Shown: positions 49,445 through 59,373, numbered from the whole stretch's first letter. The stretch is DNA of 63,241 nt, filler included, from 7 parts of 7 records of this genome joined end to end with filler, not necessarily neighbours in it, one strand, 5' to 3'. Numbers and translations: made by a program. The notes: generated by a model from the letters alone, not told the origin.

Positions 49445-50724
49445 AGGAACATGATCGGGGTGGGGGCAGGCTCTGCGTGCCCTTCCCGGATCGCACCCCA
49501 TTTGCCGTACTTGGGCCACTGACTGGCCGCGACATACAGGATACCGCGCGGTGTGCTGACACCAAGTGTAGGCTCAAACCAGCCTTCCAGCTCTTGTGCG
49601 ATGACCGTGACACCAGAGATGGCTTTCCCGTCAAAGCTAACCTCAACAATGCGCTGCGGGTTCACGCCGTTCTGAATGGCAACCAGTTTGCCCTTGTGGG
49701 CGATCAGCCCATCAATGCCCAGAAGCGTGGTGTTTGCAGGTACGTCCATCAAAGTAATGCCGCCGGTTTCCTCATCCAACAACCATAACCCGCGTCCGTA
49801 ATCTGCCAGCACGAGACCTATACCGGGAAGCTTGGCAATACCCTGTGGGCTCATGAAGCCGTCATGGCTAAAGGCGAGATCAAGGCCTTCGCCCACAACC
49901 CGCCAGACCTTTTTGCCCCCGGCGTCGCTCAGGTAGATGGTGCCATCATCAGTGACAGTAAGGTCAGCGATTTGTTGGTTCGAGGTGCCACCGGGCAGCA
50001 CCCAGGTAAACAGTACATCACCGGTTTTTGGGTCAATTTTTGCAAGGCCGGTTTGGCCTTCGTCCCCTTCATGCCCCGGCGTTTGTTCAATACGGGCGAA
50101 GGTCGCATAAAGCGCACCCTCATGCATCATTATGGCGAAAAAGCTGCCAAACTCATGTTGTTTGGCATCCACCAGAAGTGTCGCTTTGCCCCGCTCCACC
50201 CGGTAGATGCCGCCAGAGACAACAGTGGCCGCATATAGTGTATCGTCTTCACCAAGCGCGATGCCTTCTACAAGCTCAAGGTCAGCGGGCAGTGCCGCTT
50301 CAATCCATGGAAAGCTCACTGGCGTAGTGTTTTTTTCAAAGGCCGCTTCAAGGGTACGCCAGGCATTCGGTGTGATCGCCTGTTTGATTTTGTCACGAAT
50401 TGCCGCGCCCGGCACAAGGCCAAGGGCCGCATATTCTTTGGCTGCTTCAACCGCGCGGCTACCATCGCCTGTTGCTGCGGCCAGATAGGCCACATTCGCT
50501 AGCAGAAGAGCGTGGCCGGGCCGATGGCGCAAGGCCTCTTCCATTGCCAGAAGGGCCGCAGGCAGATCATTTGCCTGGAACGCCTCCGTCGCTTTGGTTC
50601 GTGCCGCCTGGCTGGCTTCAAAAGCCTCTTCGTCTTCCGCAAAGGCAAAAGTTGGTAGGGCTGTCCCCATGGTGAGGGAAAGCAAGGTGGATGCGAGCGC
50701 TGCGCGGATAAACCTTTTGTTCAT
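49429..50724 (-). CDS. Secreted TPR plus SMP-30/gluconolactonase-like beta-propeller protein
   Basis: Signal peptide, helical repeat N-terminus, VEGIA, IYLSD, SPQGI, LGIDGL, IQNG blades. Confidence 0.7.
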   Translation of the reverse strand: MNKRFIRAALASTLLSLTMGTALPTFAFAEDEEAFEASQAARTKATEAFQANDLPAALLAMEEALRHRPGHALLLANVAYLAAATGDGSRAVEAAKEYAALGLVPGAAIRDKIKQAITPNAWRTLEAAFEKNTTPVSFPWIEAALPADLELVEGIALGEDDTLYAATVVSGGIYRVERGKATLLVDAKQHEFGSFFAIMMHEGALYATFARIEQTPGHEGDEGQTGLAKIDPKTGDVLFTWVLPGGTSNQQIADLTVTDDGTIYLSDAGGKKVWRVVGEGLDLAFSHDGFMSPQGIAKLPGIGLVLADYGRGLWLLDEETGGITLMDVPANTTLLGIDGLIAHKGKLVAIQNGVNPQRIVEVSFDGKAISGVTVIAQELEGWFEPTLGVSTPRGILYVAASQWPKYGKWGAIREGHAEPAPTPIMFLQDKD

Positions 50725-50768
50725 GCCCTCATATTATAATCAGTTTCCATCCGCGCAATTAAAATTGG

Positions 50769-51335
50769 ATGATTGAACCCGTGCTAAACGTATTGAGTAG
50801 TACTAAGGCATCGAAAGAGACCAGGTCGATGGACGCATCAGACTATCTTGCCAAGACGTATGAGCTCAAGAGCCTGACGTCAAACGGGGCGACAGATAAA
50901 GCGCTCGCGCAGTTTTCGCAAATCACCGGGCTTTGGGAACCATCCCTTGAGAAAGGCAATATCCCCCGTCGGGTGGACCTGTTATTTCAGGGATTTGTTG
51001 GTTGGCACGCCCGTATGATTATGTCGCGCCTTCCGGTTTGTGGGGATCTGGAGTTTCGTATTATCGGCAATGATATCGCGGATATGTTTGGCCATACCCT
51101 GCAAACGGGAGACCGTTTCTCAAGTTTGCCTCACGTCGCGTTTGAAGATTATGCGGAGTATTTTAAGGCAATCAAGTCGGGGGGAACTTACGGTCGGTAT
51201 TCCGGCATCATCCCGTTCGAGGGGCGTGCGCACCGCACATTTGATGTGCTTGACCTGCCTGCGGCAGATGAGGAAGGCAATCTCGCCTTCCTCTATAGTT
51301 TTTTCCTGATGGGTCCGCGTCGTCGGCGAGCTTAA
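50769..51335 (+). CDS. Stand-alone PAS-like domain protein
   Basis: FQGFVGWH, FRIIG, GR-x-H, DLP motifs; paralog of 54235-54831. Confidence 0.55.
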   Translation: MIEPVLNVLSSTKASKETRSMDASDYLAKTYELKSLTSNGATDKALAQFSQITGLWEPSLEKGNIPRRVDLLFQGFVGWHARMIMSRLPVCGDLEFRIIGNDIADMFGHTLQTGDRFSSLPHVAFEDYAEYFKAIKSGGTYGRYSGIIPFEGRAHRTFDVLDLPAADEEGNLAFLYSFFLMGPRRRRA

Positions 51336-53101
51336 GCTGACTTACGACGTGGTGGCTGCGAACCAGCCGTTTTTGCGCGCATTGGCTTACCACCAGTTTT
51401 AGCGACAAATTTGCCAGCGCCGAACTTTTTACCAGCAGGCTTTTTGCCTTCAGTGCGTTTTGCAAACGGCTTGCCGCCTTCAGCACGCTTGCCAGCAGGC
51501 TTGCGGTCGTCAGCACGGTCTGAACGTGGGCCAGAGAATTTTTTGCCCTCAAACTTCTTGCCTTCGAACTTTTTACCCTCTGGCTTGCGGCCCTCGGTAC
51601 GTGGGCCATCGTTCTTGCGGAAATCGCCACGTTTACCTTCGCTACGGTTTTCACTGCGGCCTTCGGAACGATTCTCGGAACGGCCTTCAAAGCGACCTTC
51701 CTTGCGACCCTCAAAACGGTCATCCTTGCGGCCTTCGAAGCGTACATTATCGCGGCCATCACGGCGCTTGCCGCCGGTACGGCCTTTGCCCTCTGTGTCT
51801 TCACGCTCTGGGCGCCAGCCACCATCAGCCGATTTTGCACGGAAAGGTTTTTTCGCACCAAACGGCTTTTTGGCGCCGTAAGGTTTCTTGTCACCGAACG
51901 GGCGCTTACCGCCTTTGTGTGCAAACGGACGCCCGCCAACACTACCTTTGTTGTTATAGGCTGCTTTAAGCGGGAACGGGTGACCCTCTTCCACTTCAAT
52001 ATCAAGCTTGATCAGGCGCTCAATGGCACGAAGCAAGTTGAACTCGCTTTTGCTGCAAAGAGTATAAGCCTCGCCGGAAGCACCACCGCGAGCCGTACGG
52101 CCGATACGGTGTACATAGCTTTCAGCTTCCACAGGCACGTCGATATTGAAGACATGGCCGATGTCTTTCACGTCGATGCCGCGTGCCGCAACATCTGTGG
52201 CAACAAGGAAGTCTGTACGGCCGGTCTTGAAGCCACGGATGATGCGTTCACGCATGCGCTGTTGTTTGTCACCGTGGATCGAATCGGTGTTGAAACCTGT
52301 GTCCGCCAGAAAGTCGCTCAGCTCATCGGCTTCACGCTTGGTGCGTACAAAGATCAGCGACTTGGTTACATTCTTGGTTTTGATGAGGTGCAGCAGCAGG
52401 TCATATTTCTTGTCGTAAGGAACAAACAGAACCTTATGCGCAAGATTGTCTGCAACAGTTGATTCGCGCGAGACTTCAATGTGCTCAGGCTCATTGAGGA
52501 GCGTGCCCGCGAGGCTGCGAATACCATGGTTCATGGTAGCAGAGAACATCACCGACTGGTGGCTGTTCATCATCTTGCCAGCAATCTGGCGCACATCGTC
52601 CACAAACCCCATGTCGAGCATGCGGTCAGCTTCATCAAGCACAAAATACTCGGCTTCATCGAGGTAGATGTTGCCTTGTTTCATGTGGTCCATCAGGCGG
52701 CCGGGGGTTGCCACAAGGATATCCACGCCGCGGCGCAGGATATGAATTTGTGTGCGGTATGGCGCGCCACCGAAGATGGTGCAATTTTTAAGCGGGGTGT
52801 GGCGGGAAAGCTCGCGCACGGTTTCAGAGATCTGCAGGGCCAGCTCACGGGTTGGCGCGAGAATAAGGGCGCGCGGCATGCCGGGCTTTGGCTTGTCACC
52901 AAAGGTCATGAGCTTTTCAATCATCGGCAATACAAAGGCTGCAGTTTTACCGCCGCCTGTTTGCGCGATGCCGATCACATCCTTGCCGTTCAAAAGGGCT
53001 GGAATTGTTGCAGCTTGAATTTCGGTCGTCGTGGTAAAACCCTGTTCTTCGACAGCGCGAAGCACAGGTGCGCTCAAAGCGAGCGTACTGAAGTCGGTCA
53101 T
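51332..53101 (-). CDS. DEAD-box RNA helicase with repetitive basic C-terminal tail
   Basis: AQTGGGKT, PTRELA, DEAD, SAT, ARGID, HRIGRTAR motifs. Confidence 0.96.
   Translation of the reverse strand: MTDFSTLALSAPVLRAVEEQGFTTTTEIQAATIPALLNGKDVIGIAQTGGGKTAAFVLPMIEKLMTFGDKPKPGMPRALILAPTRELALQISETVRELSRHTPLKNCTIFGGAPYRTQIHILRRGVDILVATPGRLMDHMKQGNIYLDEAEYFVLDEADRMLDMGFVDDVRQIAGKMMNSHQSVMFSATMNHGIRSLAGTLLNEPEHIEVSRESTVADNLAHKVLFVPYDKKYDLLLHLIKTKNVTKSLIFVRTKREADELSDFLADTGFNTDSIHGDKQQRMRERIIRGFKTGRTDFLVATDVAARGIDVKDIGHVFNIDVPVEAESYVHRIGRTARGGASGEAYTLCSKSEFNLLRAIERLIKLDIEVEEGHPFPLKAAYNNKGSVGGRPFAHKGGKRPFGDKKPYGAKKPFGAKKPFRAKSADGGWRPEREDTEGKGRTGGKRRDGRDNVRFEGRKDDRFEGRKEGRFEGRSENRSEGRSENRSEGKRGDFRKNDGPRTEGRKPEGKKFEGKKFEGKKFSGPRSDRADDRKPAGKRAEGGKPFAKRTEGKKPAGKKFGAGKFVAKTGGKPMRAKTAGSQPPRRKSA
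51400..51910 (-). repeat. Low-complexity coding repeats (RxEG/RSEN, KKFEG, KKPFG) in the helicase tail
   Basis: RFEGRKDDRFEGRKEGRFEGRSENRSEGRSENRSEG and GKKFEGKKFEGKKF. Confidence 0.8.
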
Positions 53102-53346
53102 TTCTATCCTAGCGTCGGTTAAGGCCCTGGTACAAAATTTGTGCAGACCGGGGCGTTTCTCAATACTGGCGGGAACGCCTTTTCCTTAACCGGTAGCTTT
53201 GCCATCTGAGTGGCCGCGGTGGGTTTTGTGCGACTTCGCACGGGAAACTTCGTTCTAATGGGGCCATGGCATTTTACCCGAAACATCCGGGCGGCTCGCC
53301 TGCCCATGCCGCAATTTTACATGCGGCGGTCATATTCGCCGCGCGC

Positions 53347-53375
53347 TCTATGACGCGTGTGAACCGGAATGTCAA
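53347..53375 (-). promoter_or_regulatory. Sigma70-type promoter of the DEAD-box helicase
   Basis: Reverse strand TTGACA-N17-CATAGA, about 240 nt upstream of the ATG. Confidence 0.65.
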
Positions 53376-53384
53376 GGAATCAGT

Positions 53385-54146
53385 TTAGCGGCTTGCGGAA
53401 GAAGTTGCGGTGTTTTCGCCAAGGCTGAGGCTTGCGGCACCAATGATCGGGCCGTGACCATAGTCTGCCTGAATAAGGATCGCCACATGGTCTGCGCCTG
53501 CTTCGGTGCCGTCTGTGCTGTTGAGTTTGAGCGTGCGTGCGGCACCGTTCCATTCCATCTCAACAAGGTCGGTTGCGCGCACAACATTAGTATAGTGCAG
53601 GCGCCTGCCTTGGTTTTCCCCGTCCCCGATCTCAACTTCCGCGTCCGCCAGGAACCACACAACACGAACGGCGGCTGTGCCCTGTAGGTTGGTGGCGGGC
53701 AGGTCGACAGATACAGTGTCACCAGCGAGCTTTAGGCTGGGGCTTAGTGACATACGCTCGATATCACGTGCTTTTTGAATTGAACCCCGAACCTTTTCAG
53801 GTTTGGAACCCACACACTGGATGCGCCCGTCCACAATCATTTGCGGGGTGAAAACGCCGCCGCGGCCAAGGCGCTTGTTATAGGCGGCCTGACGCATGGC
53901 ATTGTGGGGGAGAGCGAAGGTATCTTCCCAGCCAAGCCTGTCCCAATAATCAACGGGCCAGGAGAGGGTGAGGATGCCGGGCCGGTCTCTCATGGACTTG
54001 AGCGCCGCATCGGCGGGAGGACAGCTTGAGCAGCCCTGGCTGGTGAAAAGTTCCACCACTGTCAGGCGCGCGTCATCGGCTGATGCAAGCGATGTAGGCA
54101 CCGCCAGGCTCATGATAAAAAATGCTGTTGTTAACCACTTTCTCAT
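53385..54146 (-). CDS. DUF1223 thioredoxin-like secreted protein
   Basis: VVELFTSQGCSSCPPAD, VDYWD, TPQM, GEN, NVV motifs. Confidence 0.9.
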   Translation of the reverse strand: MRKWLTTAFFIMSLAVPTSLASADDARLTVVELFTSQGCSSCPPADAALKSMRDRPGILTLSWPVDYWDRLGWEDTFALPHNAMRQAAYNKRLGRGGVFTPQMIVDGRIQCVGSKPEKVRGSIQKARDIERMSLSPSLKLAGDTVSVDLPATNLQGTAAVRVVWFLADAEVEIGDGENQGRRLHYTNVVRATDLVEMEWNGAARTLKLNSTDGTEAGADHVAILIQADYGHGPIIGAASLSLGENTATSSASR

Positions 54147-54234
54147 GTTTCTAACTTACGTAGAGTATAGGTCACTTGCCAATCACCTGTGTGTGAGCCG
54201 GGCACCAGTTCAAGAGTATGAGGCGCTATATGCC

Positions 54235-54831
54235 ATGGATGGTTTTGATTTAACAAATAAAACAGAAAATACCGGCCCAGATGCCGGTTCGACAGTTGAG
54301 ACAGCACCACGCAAGATAGTAGAGCGAGAGCAGGGAAAACTTTTTTTCTACCCGCTGGACGGCGAGTTGCCGGTTATTCCGGGTTTCGAGACTGTTGTTG
54401 AGATTTACCGCAAGAAACGTGAAGGGCATGCCATGCCCAGCCGAAAGGCCATTACCTTTCGGGACCTGCGCGGCTGGCATTCGAGCTTTTTTCTGATTGA
54501 GTTCGGAAAAGACCTGGCTGAAGGCCACATGCGTATCTTGGGGGAAACCTATAAGACGCTCTATGGCGGCGAATTATGGCAGGGCATGAGTGTTTCGGAG
54601 GTCAAGAGCCCAAGCCTGCAGGATATTGACGTCTATTTTCGCGAGCTGCTGACCGGCCCGTTCATTGGCCGTTATAAAGGGTATTTGCCCCATATTGGTC
54701 GTGAGCATGTGTTTGCAGATATCATTGATATGCCAGTGGTGGATGAGGAAGGCGCGCCCCGTTATCTGATGTCGTTCATCAGGGAAATACAGCGGAAGAA
54801 ACCTACCCACCGGGTGGTTGCCAAGAAATAG
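54235..54831 (+). CDS. Stand-alone PAS-like domain protein
   Basis: MPSRKAITFRDLRGWH, MRILGE, GREH, DMP motifs; start taken at ATG 54235. Confidence 0.55.
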   Translation: MDGFDLTNKTENTGPDAGSTVETAPRKIVEREQGKLFFYPLDGELPVIPGFETVVEIYRKKREGHAMPSRKAITFRDLRGWHSSFFLIEFGKDLAEGHMRILGETYKTLYGGELWQGMSVSEVKSPSLQDIDVYFRELLTGPFIGRYKGYLPHIGREHVFADIIDMPVVDEEGAPRYLMSFIREIQRKKPTHRVVAKK

Positions 54832-54867
54832 CACACTACCGATTGGGCCAGCGAACTCTGACACAGG

Positions 54868-54896
54868 AAAGGGCGACCTGAAGGCCGCCCTTTTTG
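54868..54896. terminator. Bidirectional terminator
   Basis: AAAGGGCGACC-TGAA-GGCCGCCCTTTTT. Confidence 0.8.
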
Positions 54897-54918
54897 CATT
54901 TGGTTTAGCTGCTTGAGA

Positions 54919-55468
54919 TTAGGCAGCGAGGCGGCGCAGCACATAGTGCAGGATGCCGCCGTTTTTATAATAATCGACCTCGTTTTCCGTATCGATCCGG
55001 CAAAGAACCGTGATGGATTTGGAGGTGCCATCAGCATAATTGATGGTCACGCTCACATCCTGCCGTGGGCTGATGCTGCCCTCAATGCCGGTGATATCGA
55101 AGGTTTCTGTACCCACAAGGCCAAGGCTTTCGCGGCTGTCGCCATCCTTGAACTGAAGGGGCAAAACGCCCATGCCAACGAGGTTTGAACGGTGAATACG
55201 TTCAAAACTTTCAACTAACACGGCTTTCACGCCAAGAAGGTTGGTGCCTTTTGCAGCCCAGTCACGGCTTGAGCCTGTGCCGTATTCCTTGCCGCCCACA
55301 ACAACAAGCGGGATGCCTGCTTCCTGATATTTCATCGAAGCGTCATAAATGCTCATCACCTCGCCAGACGGTTGGTGTGTGGTCCAGCCACCTTCGGTGC
55401 CCGGTGCCATAAGGTTGCGCAGGCGGATGTTCGCGAACGTGCCGCGCATCATCACTTCGTGGTTGCCG
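54919..55468 (-). CDS. acnA: Aconitate hydratase A, C-terminal part
   Basis: [39 protein letters not shown] motifs. Confidence 0.96.
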
Positions 55469-55568
55469 NNNNNNNNNNNNNNNNNNNNNNNNNNNNNNNN
55501 NNNNNNNNNNNNTTAATTAATTAANNNNNNNNNNNNNNNNNNNNNNNNNNNNNNNNNNNNNNNNNNNN
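55469..55568. other. Artificial contig linker
   Basis: N44-TTAATTAATTAA-N44. Confidence 0.98.
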
Positions 55569-55989
55569 GCGTCCACCCCATCACATGGGAATGGCATTGC
55601 GCCGCAAGCGAGCCGAGCTGTCGGAACACCGCCGACAGGTCTTCGTCGGCCCGCGGTTCTGTACCCGCTTCGAAAGCGAAGGCCACCATGTGCCTTGTGC
55701 CGCCAAGGAATGGTGCCTCCTGAACCAGCCCGCCGTCTTTCCCGGGGAGGGGTTGCGGGGTGAAAAGCCCGGCATCGCGCCGCAGCGCCTGCATCCACGC
55801 CAATTCGCTCTCGATGGCAAGGCGGGAATGGTATCCGGGCCGGTGTACCCGCACAATGGCCTTGCCGCCATCGGGACAATCGATGCGAAACGTATGGTTT
55901 TCCGAAAGGTTGATGAGCGTTGCCGCGCCCTGCTCAAAACCGGGCCAGAGCAAAAGGGCTTCGGCGAGCCCCATCCAGTCGTCAGTCAT
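55569..55989 (-). CDS. APH/kinase-like phosphotransferase, N-terminal part
   Basis: LINLSENHTF and RVHRPGYHS...IESELAW motifs. Confidence 0.8.
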
Positions 55990-56056
55990 GCATATCCCCC
56001 TGCATGACCGCCTTATCGGCCACGGTGAGGGGAATTGTCCACGCAAGAATGAGAAA

Positions 56057-56088
56057 AAAGCCCGGCAGGGGAAATGCTGCCGGGCTTT
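56057..56088 (-). terminator. Intrinsic terminator after the SH3 gene
   Basis: AAAGCCCGGCAG...CTGCCGGGCTTT with an A-run on the + strand. Confidence 0.8.
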
Positions 56089-56094
56089 GCGAGG

Positions 56095-57147
56095 TCAGTG
56101 CGACCAGGTCGTGTACCCGATCGAGAGCGAGGAGGGCGCTATGGCGTTGATCCGGAACTGGCTGATGCGGCCCGCACCGGTCTTGGCGCAGACATAGGTG
56201 CCAACCGAAACCGCTTCGAGCGGCACTGGATCGGCGTCAAAGCTCTCCGCAAAGCATCCGGCAAAGCCGCGGTTGCTGCCATCGCCAAGCGCGAGGCTGG
56301 CGCCATTGACTGGGGTGATGAACCGGCTCGAGGGCGTTGCGGCACGGAACCAGATGTCGGTTCCCGAGCCGCCAACTGCACCGGAATCGAGATCGGCCCG
56401 AAACGTCTGGGGCAGCTCGATCGGGCCGGTCGAATAGGTCGAGAACGAGGGAACCGGTGTCGGCAGGGGAATCGGCAAAGGCAACGGAACGGGAAGCAGT
56501 CCCGTATAGACCCGCAATGACGATGCCTGATTGGCAATCGCCGGTTCGAGAATCGGCGCGTTGGCCGTCACGTTGACGCAAGAGCCGGTCAGATTGACAT
56601 TGGTGCACAACCGGGCTTTTGCCGCGCCGAATAGCCGGACCGATGAGATTTCGTCGTTGAAGGTCGCGTTCAGCGTGTTGCGGGTGCCAACGCCATAGCA
56701 GAACTCGTCTCCGCCATAATTGATGCCGGTGTAAAAGCAGGCTTCATCCCCAGCTGGCGGAGTGGGAGTGGGCGGCGTCGGAGTTGGCGTTGGTGTCCCG
56801 CCGCAATTGATCGAAAAATCGGGGCCGGACGGGCCGATGGTGATCCCGAAGCTGCAATCGGGGCTTGGCGGCGTCGGCGGAGGGGCAACGGGCGCCAGGT
56901 AGCTGCCGCTGACCCAGCCATTGGGGCCGGAATGGGTCACATGGCACCAGCCGCTGGGCACGCATTCGGTGACGTCGACGACCTCTCCGGGTGCGAGCGT
57001 GTCGAGGACGCCAAAACCGGTCCCGGGGCCGGAGCGAACGTTGAGCGTGGTGGTGGATGCCGCTGGCGCGGCCAATACTGCAGTCGCCGACGAAACAATA
57101 CCCGTCAGACCGATTGCCACTGAGATAATCGTCTTGAAAGTCGTCAC
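56095..57147 (-). CDS. Secreted SH3b plus beta/gamma-crystallin-like multidomain protein
   Basis: GTG start after AGGAGG; signal peptide, LNVRSGPG...GWC, Pro-rich linkers, CFY...NDEISSVR...NQASSLR. Confidence 0.8.
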   Translation of the reverse strand: MTTFKTIISVAIGLTGIVSSATAVLAAPAASTTTLNVRSGPGTGFGVLDTLAPGEVVDVTECVPSGWCHVTHSGPNGWVSGSYLAPVAPPPTPPSPDCSFGITIGPSGPDFSINCGGTPTPTPTPPTPTPPAGDEACFYTGINYGGDEFCYGVGTRNTLNATFNDEISSVRLFGAAKARLCTNVNLTGSCVNVTANAPILEPAIANQASSLRVYTGLLPVPLPLPIPLPTPVPSFSTYSTGPIELPQTFRADLDSGAVGGSGTDIWFRAATPSSRFITPVNGASLALGDGSNRGFAGCFAESFDADPVPLEAVSVGTYVCAKTGAGRISQFRINAIAPSSLSIGYTTWSH

Positions 57148-57340
57148 GGTAGCCTCCTGAGTGCGGTGAGCGCCACTTTGGCGCCACATTCCACATCGGT
57201 ATCGCTTGACGGCTGAACGCCCTCTGAACCGCCTTGTTATGGGGCTTTCAGGAACAAGGGGCCCGAATTCCGGGCTGAAAGCGCCCTCCAGTCGAACAGG
57301 CGGCGCCTTACTTTGCCACACATGGGGCAGGGCAGGTAAC

Positions 57341-57374
57341 AAAAAGGGCCCGCGCAACACCAGTGCACGGGCCC
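57341..57374 (-). terminator. Terminator downstream of tRNA-Pro
   Basis: Reverse strand GGGCCCGTGCA...TGCGCGGGCCC-TTTTT. Confidence 0.7.
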
Positions 57375-57383
57375 TTGAAAAAA

Positions 57384-57460
57384 TGGTCGGAGCGGCCGGA
57401 TTTGAACCGACGACCCTTTGTCCCCCAGACAAATGCGCTACCAGGCTGCGCTACGCCCCG
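57384..57460 (-). tRNA. tRNA-Pro(GGG)
   Basis: CGGGGCGTAGCGCAGCCTGGTAGCGCA-TTTGT-CTGGGGG-ACAAA...GGTTCAAATCC...CCGACCA, 77 nt. Confidence 0.96.
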
Positions 57461-57579
57461 ATTGGCCTCTCACCTATATAATAGCGCTCCATAGCGCAAG
57501 GGGTTCGATGGCCAAAAAGCGGTGATGCGGGAACATGTTCGCGCTTGTCCCGTTTCTGCTCAGTTCATTGAAGGGTTGT

Positions 57580-57750
57580 ATGATGCCGATACTTTTGATC
57601 GTTCTGGTTGCCCTGCTGATCGGGGCCATCGGTTTCTGGGATGCGCTGGGTGCATTGCTTGGCGCCGTGGCGCTTCTGGCCCTGTTCTGGGCGCTCGTGG
57701 CCATAACCGCGGTGATCGCGGTCCTCTGGCTCATCCGGAAGGTCTTTTAG
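57580..57750 (+). CDS. Small hydrophobic membrane protein
   Basis: 56 aa, two TM segments, GFWDALGA motif. Confidence 0.55.
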   Translation: MMPILLIVLVALLIGAIGFWDALGALLGAVALLALFWALVAITAVIAVLWLIRKVF

Positions 57751-59012
57751 GGGAGCAGGCGGCCCTGCACCTTGGCCGGACGCGGCGCGGCGCAGACGCC
57801 CCAGACAAGCCCCGTTACCAGAAACCAGTGGCGCCAGTGATCGGTGTCGATGATGGCCGAAAGGGCGATCATGGGCACGAAGGTGGCAAAAACCGGAATC
57901 AGCAACGGACGGCTCGAGGCGCGGATCAGGGCCCTACCGCCCGCGGCCAATGTGGAACCGACAAGCAGATAATAAACAAGCGCACCGCCCCAGCCATAAG
58001 TGAGCGCGACATTGAGATACGTGTTGTGGGGCTGTTCGGTGATGCGCAGAAAGCCATATTCCAGCGGCCCGATGCCCCAGGGATTGGTCAACACTACGTC
58101 GAGCGTGTACCAGATGCGACCGAAGCGGCCCAATTCGCCAGTGTCATAGCTCTGGGTGAGGGAAAAGCGCTGGGTGAACAGCTCGGCGACAACGGGAATC
58201 GACAGCAGAACGGCCATGGCGGCCGCCAGTAGCATCAGCCCACCCAGCGCGATCAGCAGCAGGCGCACCTTTTCCCGCGCCGATGCCTCGAGAAAAAACA
58301 CCATGACAAGGAGCAGCAGCGAGGACGCGGCCAGATGGCCCCAGGCACCGCGCGAAAAACTCACGAAAACGCCCACGAATATCACCAGATAGGCAATACC
58401 GTTCCAAAGCGCCGAACGTCCCTTTCCCAAAAGAACGCGCTGCAGGGCAAACATGGCCGGCAGGATAAGAAACGGCCCGTAAACGTTGGGATCGTTGAAA
58501 AAGGCCTTGGCGCGGCCAAACCGCAGGAAAACGTCTTCGCCCGGCAGAATACCCATATAGGCCAGCGTGCCGACCACGGACGTTATAATGGCGATGGCGA
58601 TATAGGCGCGGGCGATCACGCGCATATGCGTGTGGGGTGCCTGCGCCACGAAATTGGCGGCAAAATAGCTGGTAACGAGCAAAAAGATCGTGACGAGGTT
58701 AAAGATCAGCCCGTCAATCACGGGCTGATACTGCATGAAAAACGGCGATATCAGCGCAAAGGGCGTAAACGCGATGACGATCAGCAACAGCGGCAGCGTC
58801 TCGCGCCGCAATTGCAGGCCGCCGGCCAGCGCCACGGCGAAGGCCAAAAGGAACATCACCTCATAGGGCGATGGCTCGACGATGACGAACCCGCCCGAAA
58901 AAATCCAGATGCCAACGATCAGCCCGAGCGCCTGTTTGGCGCTCGCGCCGAACCACGCCCTGCCGCGATCGGACGGTGCAAGACCTCTCGAAGCGGGCAG
59001 GGCGAGGGTCAA
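57747..59012 (-). CDS. O-antigen ligase / Wzy-like membrane protein
   Basis: Many TMs; EPSPYE, FNDPNV, SFSRGAW, PHNTYL, DTDHWRH motifs; TTGA overlap with the upstream stop. Confidence 0.85.
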   Translation of the reverse strand: MTLALPASRGLAPSDRGRAWFGASAKQALGLIVGIWIFSGGFVIVEPSPYEVMFLLAFAVALAGGLQLRRETLPLLLIVIAFTPFALISPFFMQYQPVIDGLIFNLVTIFLLVTSYFAANFVAQAPHTHMRVIARAYIAIAIITSVVGTLAYMGILPGEDVFLRFGRAKAFFNDPNVYGPFLILPAMFALQRVLLGKGRSALWNGIAYLVIFVGVFVSFSRGAWGHLAASSLLLLVMVFFLEASAREKVRLLLIALGGLMLLAAAMAVLLSIPVVAELFTQRFSLTQSYDTGELGRFGRIWYTLDVVLTNPWGIGPLEYGFLRITEQPHNTYLNVALTYGWGGALVYYLLVGSTLAAGGRALIRASSRPLLIPVFATFVPMIALSAIIDTDHWRHWFLVTGLVWGVCAAPRPAKVQGRLLP

Positions 59013-59373
59013 AACGCGTTCTCGCTCTTGGTGAACAGAGAAACGGGCGTCATGACCAGAATGTAGAGATCGAGCAGGATCGACCAGTTCTCGATGTAGT
59101 AAAGATCGTGATCGACCCGGGCCATCAGTTTCTCGACGGTGTCGGTCTCGCCGCGCCAGCCATTGATCTGTGCCCACCCGGTGATGCCCGGCTTGACCTT
59201 GTGGCGGGCGAAATATCCATCGACGGCATCGTGATAAAGCCGGTTGGCCGCTTTGGCTTCCAGCGCGTGCGGGCGCGGTCCCACGATGGACAATTCGCCC
59301 TTGAGCACATTGAAGAGCTGCGGCAATTCGTCGATCGACGTCCTACGGATGAAGCGCCCGACAGGGGTTACGC
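59009..59373 (-). CDS. Undecaprenyl-phosphate sugar phosphotransferase (WcaJ-like), C-terminal part
   Basis: DELPQLFNV, SIVGPRP, VKPGITGWAQ, DLYYIENWS motifs. Confidence 0.92.

Noticed and set aside
53968-54234. N-terminal extension of the 287-aa ORF
   Set aside because: Overlaps the divergent DUF1223 gene; similarity to the paralog starts only after 54235
57148-57432. N-terminal extension of the SH3 protein in the ORF track
   Set aside because: Runs through tRNA-Pro and its terminator; the GTG at 57147 has an AGGAGG site and a signal peptide
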